DNA from: Neoconidiobolus thromboides FSU 785
Lineage: Eukaryota > Fungi > Entomophthoromycota
DNA length: 64,000 nucleotides
Assembly (NCBI GenBank): GCA_025603075.1
Contig: MU626315.1
Span: forward strand, 47,840-111,839
Direction: 5' to 3'
The notes beneath the pieces are model-generated. The model worked only from the letters and a program-made list of their open reading frames with translations, had not been told where the DNA came from and did not search any database. A program made the position numbers and the translations under genes. Each line of letters begins with the position of its first letter. The first letter of the stretch is position 1. Shown one piece after another: positions 38,936 through 50,787 of the stretch.

Positions 38936-39667
38936 ATGGGCGATTCATGGGTAACAATTAATTCACATAAGACAAACGGTATTAAAAGCAAGCCTAAAAA
39001 CCAAGTAAAATTTATATTTGGAGATGATGATTCAGATTCTTCACGTAGTTATCAAAATAGTCCACAGACAAAAAAGAGTAGTAGTAAACCTTTATCCAAA
39101 TCCCCCTCAGTAAGTAATAAATTTTTATCCGAAACTAATGGCTTAGATATTTTAAATAATATCAAAACAAAACCAAAGCCGAGTTCGCCTTCCATACGTA
39201 TCTCTTCTGAGAAAGCTGTTGGTAGTGCTATCCTACCCAATTTGGTTAAACCGGAAGTAGAAAGCTCAAACACAAAACTACCAATCACTTCTCAGTTTCT
39301 GATGAATAATAAACTGACGGCAACCCAGATACAAGCTACTTTAAGAAGTAGTAAAAGCAAATCAAACGAGTTAACTCAAGAACACCAACACCAGCAACCT
39401 TTAACTTCTAGTCAAAATCCAATAGGACGTAGTAATGCAGGTTCAACTATCTCTAGAACACAAGCTAAACTAATGTTACAAAGACAACATAGCTATAATG
39501 AAGACGAAAGTTCACTAAATCATCCACAGAATCAGATTAAATTGTCAAAAGAGCTGGACAAAATCAATAGAGAGTTTTTATGGCTTAGAAAATATCATAA
39601 CCCTGTTCAAGACTCATTAACTAGAGTTATGGAAAGAAAAAGGATGCAGTTAGCTAATAGTAAATAA
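38936..39667 (+). CDS. Tco89-domain protein (TORC1 accessory subunit-like)
   Basis: Ser-rich N-terminus followed by SRTQAKLMLQR...LDKINREFLWLRKYHNPVQDSLTRV, the conserved Tco89 C-terminal pattern. Confidence 0.7.
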   Translation: MGDSWVTINSHKTNGIKSKPKNQVKFIFGDDDSDSSRSYQNSPQTKKSSSKPLSKSPSVSNKFLSETNGLDILNNIKTKPKPSSPSIRISSEKAVGSAILPNLVKPEVESSNTKLPITSQFLMNNKLTATQIQATLRSSKSKSNELTQEHQHQQPLTSSQNPIGRSNAGSTISRTQAKLMLQRQHSYNEDESSLNHPQNQIKLSKELDKINREFLWLRKYHNPVQDSLTRVMERKRMQLANSK

Positions 39668-40656
39668 ATAATAATAATCTTTTGATCGTTTGAGAAAGTG
39701 GAAAATATATACTCAAGGTGATTTTCTATTGTACTAAGATACGTTTTTTGAATAAAGAGAAGTTGGTTTTTCTACTTTGCTAATGTAAGGCTTTAAATGG
39801 TAAATTCTTTTATTTGAATAATTAGCATCATACTTAAAATATAGTGAAAGACTATTGTTTATAGCCTATATCTTTTAATAAATATTGGATATCTGTTGTT
39901 TTAATCTAGTAAGTTGGGCTACAATCTTATTTTAAAGTATTAGATATAATGTTTAGTTAATATTAATGTGATATATAACAGTGATCCCATTTTTCTTAAC
40001 ATTCATTAAATCTATCCTTAAATCTCAACACTAATAGTTATCTTTATAAAGAAATAAATCTACAAAAACTGCAATTTAATAGCTTTCAAAACTTTATATT
40101 TTGTACTGCTTCATGGTTTTAATACTACCTTTAGCTTTGATACAAAAAATAGTTGTTTTTGATTTGTATAATTATGAGTAATATTTATAATATTTGAATT
40201 ATTTAGAAAATTAATCATTTTTAATTTTTAATTTTTAACTTTAATTTTTAATAAACTAAATCTTGAATTTAATTTTATAATCAAAAGATAGTTAAATAAT
40301 TTGATTTTATTTATACTTAAAATATACAAAGTATTTATAAAAATAATTAAGTTTAACCATTTATTAAATGTAATTTTATATATTATTAGTACTAAATAAA
40401 GTTAATATTGAATTAAGATCAATGTAATTATAATATCAGAGTTGCACTTTAGATAAATTAATATAATATATTACAATTTAAATGTTATAAACAAAAGTAA
40501 CACATTTTATAGAGACCAACACTTTATTAAAAAATGAAGTTATTATTGGTTTGAAAATCTAGTTTTAGTAATATCAATTAATTGTTGGAACACGAAAGTT
40601 ATAAATTCAATTTTATCTAAACATAGCATCAGTTTTCTATTTTTTCGATAAAAAAG

Positions 40657-41625
40657 ATGAATATCGCGGATACAATGGAGATAATAGGCACTATTCTGGC
40701 AGTAGCAAGCCTAATAATAAATATAATGGTAGCAGCTTTATTGATATCTTTAGTTCGGAATTCCACTTCAATATTAGGCTTAAAGTTTATATTTTTGACT
40801 TTATTTTTTGATATTTTCAGTCCAATCGTGGGTTTAGTACAAGAATTTACAGCTATAGCCTCATTTAACCCAATGACAACAGTAGCTGGATGTCAAGCAT
40901 TTGGCTTCTTTCATAATTTTATGCCTATTGGTAGTTCTTGCTGCGTGGCCTATGTATCCCTAGAACGCTATCTCAAAGTCCATAGTATTCAACTTCCAAG
41001 GTATATGTTGACTTTAGGTGTAACAGCAATTATTGGTATAACATTTGTTTTAACAGTTATTTCAGCTTCAACTAATCAATTTGAATATACCCCATCGAGA
41101 ATGATATGTATGACTGATCCCAAAAAATATTTAGCTGGGAGTTTTTTATTTCATTTTATGATTATTGTATTATTTGTTAATACTATGGCTATATTATTTT
41201 GTTATTTTAGTATGTTAAATAAAAGGAAATCCACCAAGTTAGCTCTAAGTGTGCCTTTAAAGCCAATGGGAAATAGTGTAGTAAAAACAGAGATGGGATA
41301 CAAAATGTATAAACCGATAGAACCAGTTAGTACAAACAAAAGAGAGGAAAAAATAATATTAACCAAAACTATAGCTTTTGTTTTATGCTATGTATTCTTT
41401 TTGTTCCCAGCTATCTCAGTCATGATTTATCATAGTATTATGAGAAACTTAGATCCTAATTTTAAATTGGATCCTCTCCTCTCTACCATTAATTTTGCTT
41501 CCCTTTTCTCTTTCTCTTTTATTAATCCCATCCTTTTACTATTCTTACACAATCGAATCTATGCTAAGTTTAAAGAAGTTTTAAATAGCTTTTTAAACCT
41601 ATTTCAGTCTAACAGCAGAAGGTAA
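40657..41625 (+). CDS. Rhodopsin-like (class A-type) seven-TM GPCR
   Basis: 322-aa intronless ORF with seven hydrophobic segments, Cys at the top of TM3 (GCQAFGFF), SLERY (DRY-like), ECL2 Cys (PSRMIC) and INPILLLFLH in TM7. Confidence 0.85.
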   Translation: MNIADTMEIIGTILAVASLIINIMVAALLISLVRNSTSILGLKFIFLTLFFDIFSPIVGLVQEFTAIASFNPMTTVAGCQAFGFFHNFMPIGSSCCVAYVSLERYLKVHSIQLPRYMLTLGVTAIIGITFVLTVISASTNQFEYTPSRMICMTDPKKYLAGSFLFHFMIIVLFVNTMAILFCYFSMLNKRKSTKLALSVPLKPMGNSVVKTEMGYKMYKPIEPVSTNKREEKIILTKTIAFVLCYVFFLFPAISVMIYHSIMRNLDPNFKLDPLLSTINFASLFSFSFINPILLLFLHNRIYAKFKEVLNSFLNLFQSNSRR

Positions 41626-41859
41626 CCTGTATGAACATCAAGCCATTTATAAAATAAATTAATTTATCACTTATACTTTTAAGCACATTCTCAAAATTAA
41701 CCTTGTGGTAATGTTATGATATCAAAGGGGATTACTTGATAATAATTGATAAAGTAAATGTCTAAAAGATTTTTGAGAAAAGACAGGAACGTTTCTTTTA
41801 TTGATTTGTAAGCTTTAATGAACTATAAAAATTAGTAATACAAAAAATAGATGATAATA

Positions 41860-41932
41860 TGCTCCCTGTGGGGATCGAACCCACGACCTTGAGATTATGA
41901 GACTCACGCGCTGCCAGCTGCGCCAAAGAAGC
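41860..41932 (-). tRNA. tRNA-Met (CAT), elongator type
   Basis: GCTTCTTTGGCGCAGCTGGCAGCGCGTGAGTCTCATAATCTCAAGGTCGTGGGTTCGATCCCCACAGGGAGCA folds as a 73-nt cloverleaf with anticodon CAT; G1-C72 and GTTCGA T-loop indicate elongator rather than initiator. Confidence 0.97.
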
Positions 41933-41967
41933 TTGCAAGTTAAGTAGTATATAATATATATATAAAT

Positions 41968-42057
41968 ATTTTTTTGGTCTCATTACTTTTTTCATTTTTG
42001 AGTACTATTTAAGCGGAAAAATTGTTAGTAAAATCCTTAATACAAAAATATATCCCC
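41968..42057 (+). mobile_element. MITE copy (orientation A, left end eroded), ~35 bp upstream of the tRNA
   Basis: TTTTTTGGTCTCATTACTTTT...AATACAAAAATATATCCCC|ATAT. Confidence 0.8.
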
Positions 42058-42273
42058 ATATTGTACTTATAATTATATTCAATATCAAAATTAGCACTGA
42101 CTGTTAACAATTGGCGTTTTGTCTTAATATTCATCCTAGATTATAATTATTTTATTACTTCACAAGCACTATACATGTACTTTGTATAACTATATTAATA
42201 TTTATTTACAACTACCACTATTTATATTCCTTATGAAATAAAAAATTTATGAAGTTATGAAACTTTTTAATAT

Positions 42274-42366
42274 GGAAATGTATTTTTTGTTTAAGGATTT
42301 TACTAATAAATTTTCCGCTTAAATAGTGCTCAAAAATGGAAAAAGTAATGAAGCTAAAAAAACATC
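42274..42366 (-). mobile_element. MITE copy (orientation B); ATAT on both sides
   Basis: ATAT|GGAAATGTATTTTTTGTTTAAGG...GAAGCTAAAAAAACATC|ATAT. Confidence 0.85.
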
Positions 42367-42547
42367 ATATTAAAATTTCCAATAGCTTTCAATAGATTGA
42401 TAATATTATTACAAAGTTATATTAAACAAAACAAATAGATGAAATTAAAATATTTAGTATAGGCTTTAATCATAAAGTTAATTTATGAGTACCTTCGTAT
42501 ATTAATACAAAGTAAAGTTACAAAGTAGGAATATTCAATAAACATAT

Positions 42548-42646
42548 GGGAGTGTTTTTTTTGATTTCATTACTTTTTCCACCTTTTAAACGCTATTCAA
42601 GCGGAAAGATTGTTAGTAGAGTTCTTAAACACAAAGATACATCCTC
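42548..42646 (+). mobile_element. MITE copy (orientation A); ATAT on both sides
   Basis: ATAT|GGGAGTGTTTTTTTTGATTTCATT...ACAAAGATACATCCTC|ATAT. Confidence 0.9.
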
Positions 42647-42739
42647 ATATATCACCTTGTTATCTAATAAACTTTCAACCATTTTACCTTTATCCTTACT
42701 TTAATGTTTTAAAATATTAGTTTTGATTTAATTTTATAT

Positions 42740-42936
42740 GGGAATGTATTTTTGTATTTAAGAACTCTACTAACAATCTTTCCACTTAGACAGTGTTTAA
42801 AAAATGGAAAAAATGGGGATGTATTTTTGTGTTTAAGAATTTTACCAACAAATTTTCCGCTTAAATAGCGCTTAAAAGGTGGAAAAAGTAATGAAATCAA
42901 AAAAATCATCCCCAAATGATGAAACTAAAACATCGC
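42740..42936 (-). mobile_element. MITE copy (orientation B) interrupted by a second MITE
   Basis: GGGAATGTATTTTTG...AAATGGAAAAAAT (to 42814) resumes at 42918 as GATGAAACTAAAACATC, the missing end of the consensus. Confidence 0.8.
42815..42913 (-). mobile_element. Nested MITE copy (orientation B); AAAT target duplication
   Basis: AAAT|GGGGATGTATTTTTGTG...AAAAAAATCATCCCC|AAAT. Confidence 0.92.
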
Positions 42937-43040
42937 ACGTCTTTGTTTTCAGAATTTACACTACATAGAAAATGGACAAAAAACCAGAATAGAAAATTTT
43001 ATCCTTAATTTTAACTAAGCTTTTATATTTACTAATATAT

Positions 43041-43130
43041 GGATGTCTTTTTTGACTTACATTGCTTTCTCCATTTTAAGCACCATTTGAGCGATTGTTA
43101 GCAAAATTCTTAAACAAAAAAATACATCCC
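43041..43130 (+). mobile_element. MITE copy (orientation A, degenerate)
   Basis: ATAT|GGATGTCTTTTTTGACTTAC...AAACAAAAAAATACATCCC. Confidence 0.8.
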
Positions 43131-45257
43131 TATACACCTTATCATTATTTTATATAAAAGTAATTTTTATTAGTATCAAGTTTAATGTATTAGTATCAAG
43201 TTCATAAAAGTATTATCAAACGGTAATATACAAAAATATTAAAAACAAGAAACTTTCAAAAATAATAAATAATAAATTTATTATTTTTTTTAATTTAAAA
43301 CTAATTAAACTATTTTACTAGCTTAGATTTTGTTTTTAGATTTAAATTAAAAGTAGCTTATCTAATAAATATATTGCTCCATGATCAATAAAATATAGAA
43401 GTTCTTATTAAAAAAATGGAAGTTTCACCTATATCCCGTTGGTTATATAATAGAAGAAAGACACATAAAGCATTATGTCACTACTTCCCAGAAAAATAAA
43501 ACAATTAGATACTAGATGAACAATATATACCTCATAATAGCAATATTTATGCATAAAGAGAATATTCTAGTATTTAGCGGCCAATCTTAGCAATCAACTT
43601 AAAAATATGGATCTAATTGAAAACTATGAAAATATCAATTGGCCGCCTTTGAGCATTTTATTTAATGTAAACTGTAAAAGTAGTAAATTATTTTTAATTA
43701 TAGATCAATTGATGGTAAGTTTAAAAATAAACATTTGTTAATTTATCGCTTTAATCTATTTTAAAGCTTATAAATAAAATCTAATTATAGAAACTGTTTA
43801 CTTTTAAGTTAATGAGTAGGGTGTCAGATAAATGGTAATAATGGTATTATGGCCCATTTAATACTATAATATAACTTATATTTTAGTTATCATTTTCTGT
43901 AATATAGAATAGAACCAATGTGACTTTAAAGAAATACATTGTTGTTATTGAAGAGTGGTGCAGTAGTTAGTAAAAGTGAATTGCTTTTTCTTACATTAAC
44001 AAATAGGTGTAGCGTAATTTTACTTGATTTACTTAAATAGGAAATTCGGCTTCTTAGAATTTGCGAGAAAACAGGAACAATAATTAAAGTCTAGAATTAT
44101 TCACTCAATTAAAACCCTTGAAATAGCACTTGTATTATTGAATTGCAATTTGATCACTTATTGTATTAAAAGTATAGAACATCGATTAATGATTCTCTTG
44201 GCACTATTCTGAAAGGAATATTTATAAATAAATATCGATTTTGCTATTACTTTGTATATTTATATAAAAATGAAGAGTTAGCAGACTTACTTTTAATTAT
44301 TTTTAGTCATTCCCGTACCTAAAGTATAATATTTTATTAAAGTTTGTAAATAATAATGAGTATTAATTCTTAAAGTGACTACTTGGTAATAGTTCTTATC
44401 GCATTTAATAAGGGATTAGCAGGAATTTTAAACCAATGAAATAATTCAGAATTTAAACTAAGATCAATTTTAATTATAAAATATTTGAATATTTTGAAAA
44501 AGCTAATGATGATATTATATTATATATATAATAATGCTTATATATTAATAAATGTCTAATATATGACTTTAATTTATAATGGGTTATTAACCCAAATATT
44601 CTGTTTACGCAGTTACTTTCTGAAAAACGGTCAAACTATTAAGCTGGTTTAGAGCACTTTTATTAAATCTACAATTATGCACCTGGTACTTAACTTTTAT
44701 ATTCTTTAATATCAAATAATATTGCTTTGATATTATTAGAGATAACATTATAAACTTTTATAAGCTCTGAATATACAAATTTGGTAAGAGCGCTTACAAA
44801 TTGAGAAAGAAGGATAGAATTTAAATTAAATGTTTTAGCAGGTGATATAATTCTATACGTTGTATTGTAACCAATATTATTTATAATCACTATTCTTAGA
44901 TATAAGTAATTTTATTACACTTGAATAAGGCTACTTTGAAATTATCTTGAATCAAGATAAGTTTGAAATGGAATTTCTATGTAGCGCTATACTAATCATA
45001 ACAATGTTTGCTCTATATACTTTACTTGATATAGCGTTATAAAATGTAAGAGAGCATTTCAATTTGATTAAAGTAGTTGTTATTTATAATGTGAAATCAC
45101 CAATAAATCTAAAGGGTTATTTTTATCAAGTTTATTCCTCAACTCTGAAAGAACAATTTTAAAATGGTATTTCCGATTTTAGTTTAATAGAAACATATAT
45201 AAATAAGAAATTGAATTTCATTTTTTTTAAATTTTAGTAAACTTGATTCATTTGAAA

Positions 45258-46070
45258 ATGGAATTTATAGGTTTCATTGATACTGTCTTGGACGCATTTA
45301 TTATTAGCGAAGCAGCAAGAAGAGGCGAAATCAAAATGATGTCAAAGAGACCTAATGTAACGAGAAGAAACTCTATATATGATGGTATGACTATCATCTT
45401 TGACGAGACGATGACTGGTATGAAGCGTTGGACTGATGGAAAAGTATGGGCACCATCAAAGTTATATAATGGGTTTTTCCTTTATGAAGAAAAAATAAGC
45501 TCCTCGAGATCTAGTAAAGTGGGTAATAATACATATATACAATCTGAAGACAATAACCAAAACACGGACAGATGTCTATTAAAAAAAGTAATTACTGTGA
45601 TAACCCCTGATCTTCATACACTCCATGTCATCAACTATTTTTACCATGACAGCCCAAAAGGACCATATATAAAAAACAACTTACCTCGTCCTACGAACCT
45701 AAATTTACCATCTTTAGTTTCTATTATTGAAACTGCTAAAAAATATCAATATTACAAATGTTTTAGAACTAAATCGCGTGCCTGGAGAAAATTATACTAC
45801 GCCCCAGAGGTAGAATCTTCTGACCAAGGCAAACTTTCTCATTCTAGCGAACCCACACCCAAGACAAATCCTTTTGGGGCAGTATTTATTGAAGATGGTG
45901 ATTGCTTTTCCAAGAGCCATTCTAAGGCTCTTTCTTTACCATCTGTTTCAAACATTTTTCAATACTCTGATTACACGTTACCTACGTCGCCAGTTAGTAG
46001 ATACATGTTACCAAGGCATAGCGAGAGCCGACGTCAGCTTTCTATTTTAGACAGATTTTCTTTTTTATAA
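45258..46070 (+). CDS. Gti1/Pac2 (WOPR-domain) transcription factor, paralog 1
   Basis: FIGFIDTVLDAFIISEAARRG...IYDGMTIIFDE..TGMKRWTDGKVWAPSK...LLKKVITV...LHVINYF; ATG at 45258. Confidence 0.93.
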   Translation: MEFIGFIDTVLDAFIISEAARRGEIKMMSKRPNVTRRNSIYDGMTIIFDETMTGMKRWTDGKVWAPSKLYNGFFLYEEKISSSRSSKVGNNTYIQSEDNNQNTDRCLLKKVITVITPDLHTLHVINYFYHDSPKGPYIKNNLPRPTNLNLPSLVSIIETAKKYQYYKCFRTKSRAWRKLYYAPEVESSDQGKLSHSSEPTPKTNPFGAVFIEDGDCFSKSHSKALSLPSVSNIFQYSDYTLPTSPVSRYMLPRHSESRRQLSILDRFSFL

Positions 46071-47199
46071 GGTTAGAACTTTAATTTATATATTATCCCT
46101 TGACTCGAAGTCAATATTATTATTAATAAATGTATTATTTTTTTTTAAAAAATATTGTTTGAATACTTTAATATCAGCTTTCAATTATGAAGTTTTTACT
46201 TTTAATCGAAACAATCATCATTAATATCACCATTACTATATAGAAGTATACGGTTAAAGAAAGGACGGATAAATACCTTATGATCTATCATCTAAGCCTA
46301 CTGCGGTAAAATTATCATCAAAATAGTAATTTAAATAGTAAATCCAATCCCCTTTCAGCACAGCCAATACTATAAGAACATTTGGAATCTCATAGTTGAT
46401 TCATGCATTCTGTTGTAAATTTAAGTTTTTGTAATTATTAAATTATCAATCATATTCAGAGAATTGTTTGTAAATTTACAAAACATTCTTTTACTATAAT
46501 AGGGATGTTTGACATTTTATGTCTACTATAGAAAAAGTTAAGGAAATTCTTGAAAGGGAGCTTTATGGTAAAGAATCATCAATGTGGATAATAAAGTAAA
46601 GGTACTAAATTTGACTAATGTAAAAGTGTAAAAACACAAGAGTTAACCTTTTAACAGGATCAAAACATCTGCTGTAAATTATTATTTTACTTAATATGAT
46701 TGAAAAAGTATGAGTGAATTCTAGAGATTAAACATTTACCCAATGACTATATATAGTAATGTGATATTTAATGATATATTAAATTATTGTTTCTTCATTA
46801 ACATGTGTAAATTAATAAGGTAAATTTCAATATTTCGCTTCTATTATCAAGGTTGATAAAATAAAGTGTATTAGCTACGTTTTTGTTGATTTATTCTTTA
46901 TTAAAGCGGTCCAAGGATTCCAAACCCTCTAATTGGTATAAAGAAATACTTAGTGTTATATAATTGTAATTACCAGTACAATTAAGATGAAAGGCTCTAT
47001 CTTAAAACTTTATGAATGAATGATTTTAAGCATAGTATTATTACTCATAATTAATTCGACAACACTTTTTAGTTTGATTTGCAATTACTTTATGAATTAT
47101 GTAAATTTTGATATATTTGATCATGATAAACTATTAATCTGAATTAACTTCAATTGAAGCTCATCAAGTTCAATATAAACATAAACTATTTAAAAAAAA

Positions 47200-47620
47200 A
47201 TCAAAAGGGTATTGGGACTCCGAAGTAGTTTATTATTAGAAGAAAAAATTATTGTAATTAATAGAAAATGGATATGGGGTTTAAAGGATCAGAAGAACTA
47301 GGGAATTAAAAGGAACTAAAGTTCAAGGACTGGTCAAAATTTGGTGTGCTATTTTTATTAAAGGGAAATCTGTACTGAGTGGGTATATATTCCGTTTTAT
47401 ATAGATTGGGTCATAAATGAAAAAAAATCTGAAGGCTGTGAAAGAAGCTAAGTCATTTTTTTGAAGACATTAACTAAATAACTTTGTTCATGGCTTAGGA
47501 TGATATTTGGCTTAAACAATAATTCTATTTATATAAGCTTCACCTACAAAAATTCAAAAGGAATATAAAATTAAAAGGTTGGTTAATATGGTAGCTTGTT
47601 CGCTTAGTCCATAACTTAAA
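47200..47620 (+). pseudogene. Possible Tc1/IS630-like transposase relic
   Basis: One frame reads KGTKVQGLVKIWCAIFIKGKSVL, resembling the V..WGAI...GK..L block of Tc1/mariner DDE domains; a later piece LVNMVACSLSP weakly resembles WP..SPDLNP. Heavily decayed. Confidence 0.3.
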
Positions 47621-48062
47621 TTATATTAGTAATTTAAAATTTAAAGTTTAAAAGGCTTTGCATTGTTAATTTGTTAATTCGTTAATTGAAGGGATACAGC
47701 AGTTATAGCTTTTTGCGATCTGATTAACGAGTCATTTATCTGAAAAAATAATGTCTAAATTTGGTTAAAATATAAAAATTCAAGCTTCAAAAAAAAGCTA
47801 CAAAAATAATTTGTTAAAAACTAAAGCTAAGAAAGTTACAAAGGAATTACAACAGTTGTACTCCCTCATTTGTTCACTAATCATTTAAATTGCTTTTATT
47901 CGCATTATTTAATTTCTCAAAGTTTGGCTTAAATTCAAAGCACTTGAATATAATATCATTAAGCCAAGTATTAGAAATTGGATAGTGAAGCCTTTTTATC
48001 TGTCGTGTATATATAAAGAAGATAAATATTTTTTGCTATCTTATATGATAATGTTAAAGTAG

Positions 48063-48605
48063 ATGAACAAAACTAAAGAAAAGCTATATATTCCTAGTAT
48101 AACCGAAGCTCTAATATTATTAGAGGCAAGCAGAAGAAATTTATTTCCAATAGAAAAAAGCAGGTTGAGTGTAATAGAAAGGGATAACATAACTTCTGGA
48201 TCTGTGTTTATTTATAATGAAGAAGAAAGCGGTATTAAAAGGTGGTCAGATGGTAAAACATGGTCTTCATCTAAGCTAAAAAAAGGATTTTTTCAATACC
48301 AACAGTTGAATGGAAATAGGAAGTTAACCAAAAAGGCTATTACAGTAACCGCGCCAGATGAGAATTTGTATCATATAATAAATTATATAGATAAAGACGA
48401 CATAGCCTCATTCAAATTTAACATACCCTCACAATGTGATTTTCCTGGTATTGATTCAATCAAAGATGCTATAACACACTATAAATTTAAAACTTCTTTC
48501 AGGAATAAAAAACTCTCTAAATCCCATTCGAGACATATAGAGCATTCTTTGAATTCAGAAGATAAAAGGCAACTGAATCTAATTAACTGTTATATAAAAT
48601 TATGA
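48063..48605 (+). CDS. Gti1/Pac2 (WOPR-domain) transcription factor, paralog 2
   Basis: EALILLEASRRNLFP...RLSVIERDNITSGSVFIYNEEESGIKRWSDGKTWSSSK...LTKKAITV...YHIINY. Confidence 0.94.
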   Translation: MNKTKEKLYIPSITEALILLEASRRNLFPIEKSRLSVIERDNITSGSVFIYNEEESGIKRWSDGKTWSSSKLKKGFFQYQQLNGNRKLTKKAITVTAPDENLYHIINYIDKDDIASFKFNIPSQCDFPGIDSIKDAITHYKFKTSFRNKKLSKSHSRHIEHSLNSEDKRQLNLINCYIKL

Positions 48606-49975
48606 TGTACATATATAGATATAGATATAGATATTCTGTTTCTGGTTTTTCTGTTATTAAGTTTAATAAAGTAGACAGTAAATTCAAGTTCTAACATCCT
48701 TTTTTTCGAATCCACGTTAGTATAACTAGTAGAATATTTCTTCAAAGTTTCGATTTTCTAATAACATAATTAGTGATAAGTGTTGCTGAAGAAACTTGTT
48801 TTTTGTTTATAATCTAATATTAAAAAAGTTAAAGATCTACTATTTAAAGACATGAATCAGTATGATTACACGAGTCATTTAGCTAGTAGTTACTAGTAAT
48901 TATCAAAAAATGGCTAGTAATTGGGGAAATGGTTTGTACGCTTATACTGGTTCATGTCTTCAAATTCATATTAGATTGTTTTGAAAAACTGGGTTATAAA
49001 AGCTACTCTCTCATTAGAATGATTATCTTTGTTATTCAAAAATAATCAACAAAAAATGAACTACAACTCAGTATAATTGTGGGGCTTTGCGTTGTACCAA
49101 AAAAACTAGTAATTTTACAAATGTTAATACAAAATCCCCAGAAATTAACTTTTGCACTAATTATTTTAGTCTTAATGTTGCCTGTAAAAGACATTATATA
49201 AATAGTATAAGAGTCATTATCAGATAGGCTCTTAAATATTGGACCTTTAATAAATAAACAAAGCACCAGTTGAAACAAAACGTGCTTTTTGTGTCTAAAA
49301 ACAATAACTAATTTAAGTTAAAAAACATTTTTTACAATAACTTCATACTTTTACAGCATGAATTCGGCCAAAAAAACCTCAGGGTTTATAGATCTACCTA
49401 GTATAAGTATCAATATTTCTACACAAATTTATTCCATCTCATCCCTTTGTTATATATGACTCTAGATTAGGTTCAGATAATCAATTTCTAATAGTTAGGT
49501 TGTCTTCATATTAAACTACCAGGATGTTATATACCGATAGATTAATAATCACCTATGTATAAATACACACAGGTTTTAATTGTAAATAGTGTTTGCCCAC
49601 TTTCATGATAAACAAATCCCCACGAGTTTAAATTACGTCAATAACATAAAAACCACCTTTTTCTGGTGCTTGATTATATTTGTCCCAATAATTAGAAATG
49701 ATATGTGTGTGGTATAAACAAAAAATGAAGGCGCAGACTTCAATATAAGCAATGTTACTAAAAAAACAGTAATTGATTTCAAGCAAATTATGCCCAAATT
49801 TCAACAAAAAATCGAGGCAATTAAAGCAATTAGAGTAAAGCATAAAGAAGTAGATATTTAAGGCAACAAACGTCAAAAAATTAAAATTTGGTAAAAAGCA
49901 AGCTAAAAATTATATAACTCTATCAAAATTTTGATTCATACATTGAGTAATTATTCTTCTTTATTGCTTACATAT

Positions 49976-50079
49976 GGGGATGTTTTTTTTAGCTTCATCA
50001 CTTTTTCTATTTTTTAAGCACTATTCTATTTGAGTAGAAAAATTGTTAGTAAAATTCTTAAACACAAAAATACATCACC
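49976..50079 (+). mobile_element. MITE copy (orientation A); ATAT on both sides
   Basis: ATAT|GGGGATGTTTTTTTTAGCTTCATC...AAACACAAAAATACATCACC|ATAT. Confidence 0.9.
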
Positions 50080-50638
50080 ATATTATGATGAGAAATGTAA
50101 AAAAGGGCATAATTATTAAGTTAATTTAGAAAGCTGATTTAATCTTTTTAAAACTCAGCGTTTTTTATATTAAAACTTTAAAGTCAAATGAAATAATTAT
50201 ATTTAAATGTAATTTATACCATTTTTGTAAATTTAAAGATAGAGAGCCTTCTTTTATTGGTTGTCCTTCTCAGTATCAAAATTTCCTTTCTTTATACTAC
50301 CAATTAAACATTCGAAAGCACAATGTTTCAAAAGTACCCCAAGAAAATCATAAACACCCAATATTAAATTTAGTTTCTAAAAATACATGTAGAATGAAGG
50401 CAAATTATAACCCACTGTTAAATACTAATAACTGATAGATATTCACTACGTCATGAAAAAAGAATAGAAAAATAAAGGGGTTTAGGTCAATATGGGTAGT
50501 AGAATTAGGAGTTATTTCAGGGATCCTATAAATCAACACTTATTGATTTTGCATTATTATTGACAAACTGTTAGCTACTTAATGGTAATATTTATATTTT
50601 TAGCTTATTAATTAATCAATAGCATAATTTATATATAT

Positions 50639-50735
50639 GGGAGTGTTTTTTTTGACTTCATTATTTTTTCCATTTTTTAAGCACTATTTGAGTAGAAAAA
50701 TTGTTAGTAAAATTCTTACACAAAGATACATCCCC
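50639..50735 (+). mobile_element. MITE copy (orientation A); ATAT on both sides; ~50 bp past the stop of WOPR paralog 3
   Basis: ATAT|GGGAGTGTTTTTTTGACTTCATT...CACAAAGATACATCCCC|ATAT. Confidence 0.92.
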
Positions 50736-50787
50736 ATATGTTAAAAATTAAATTTAATAATATATATATATAAACTTTAATTTTACA

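Noticed and set aside
40657-41625. Possible opsin
   Set aside because: The position six residues before the TM7 Asn (rhodopsin K296) is Phe, not Lys.
41968-43130. Repeat-spacer-like cluster resembling a CRISPR array
   Set aside because: Units are ~100 bp, in mixed orientation, irregularly spaced, nested, and carry TIRs and TSDs; the host is eukaryotic and no cas genes are present.
43380-44890. Coding-like fragments including ORF 44690..44890
   Set aside because: Short, interrupted and not assignable; may be gene relics but cannot be supported.
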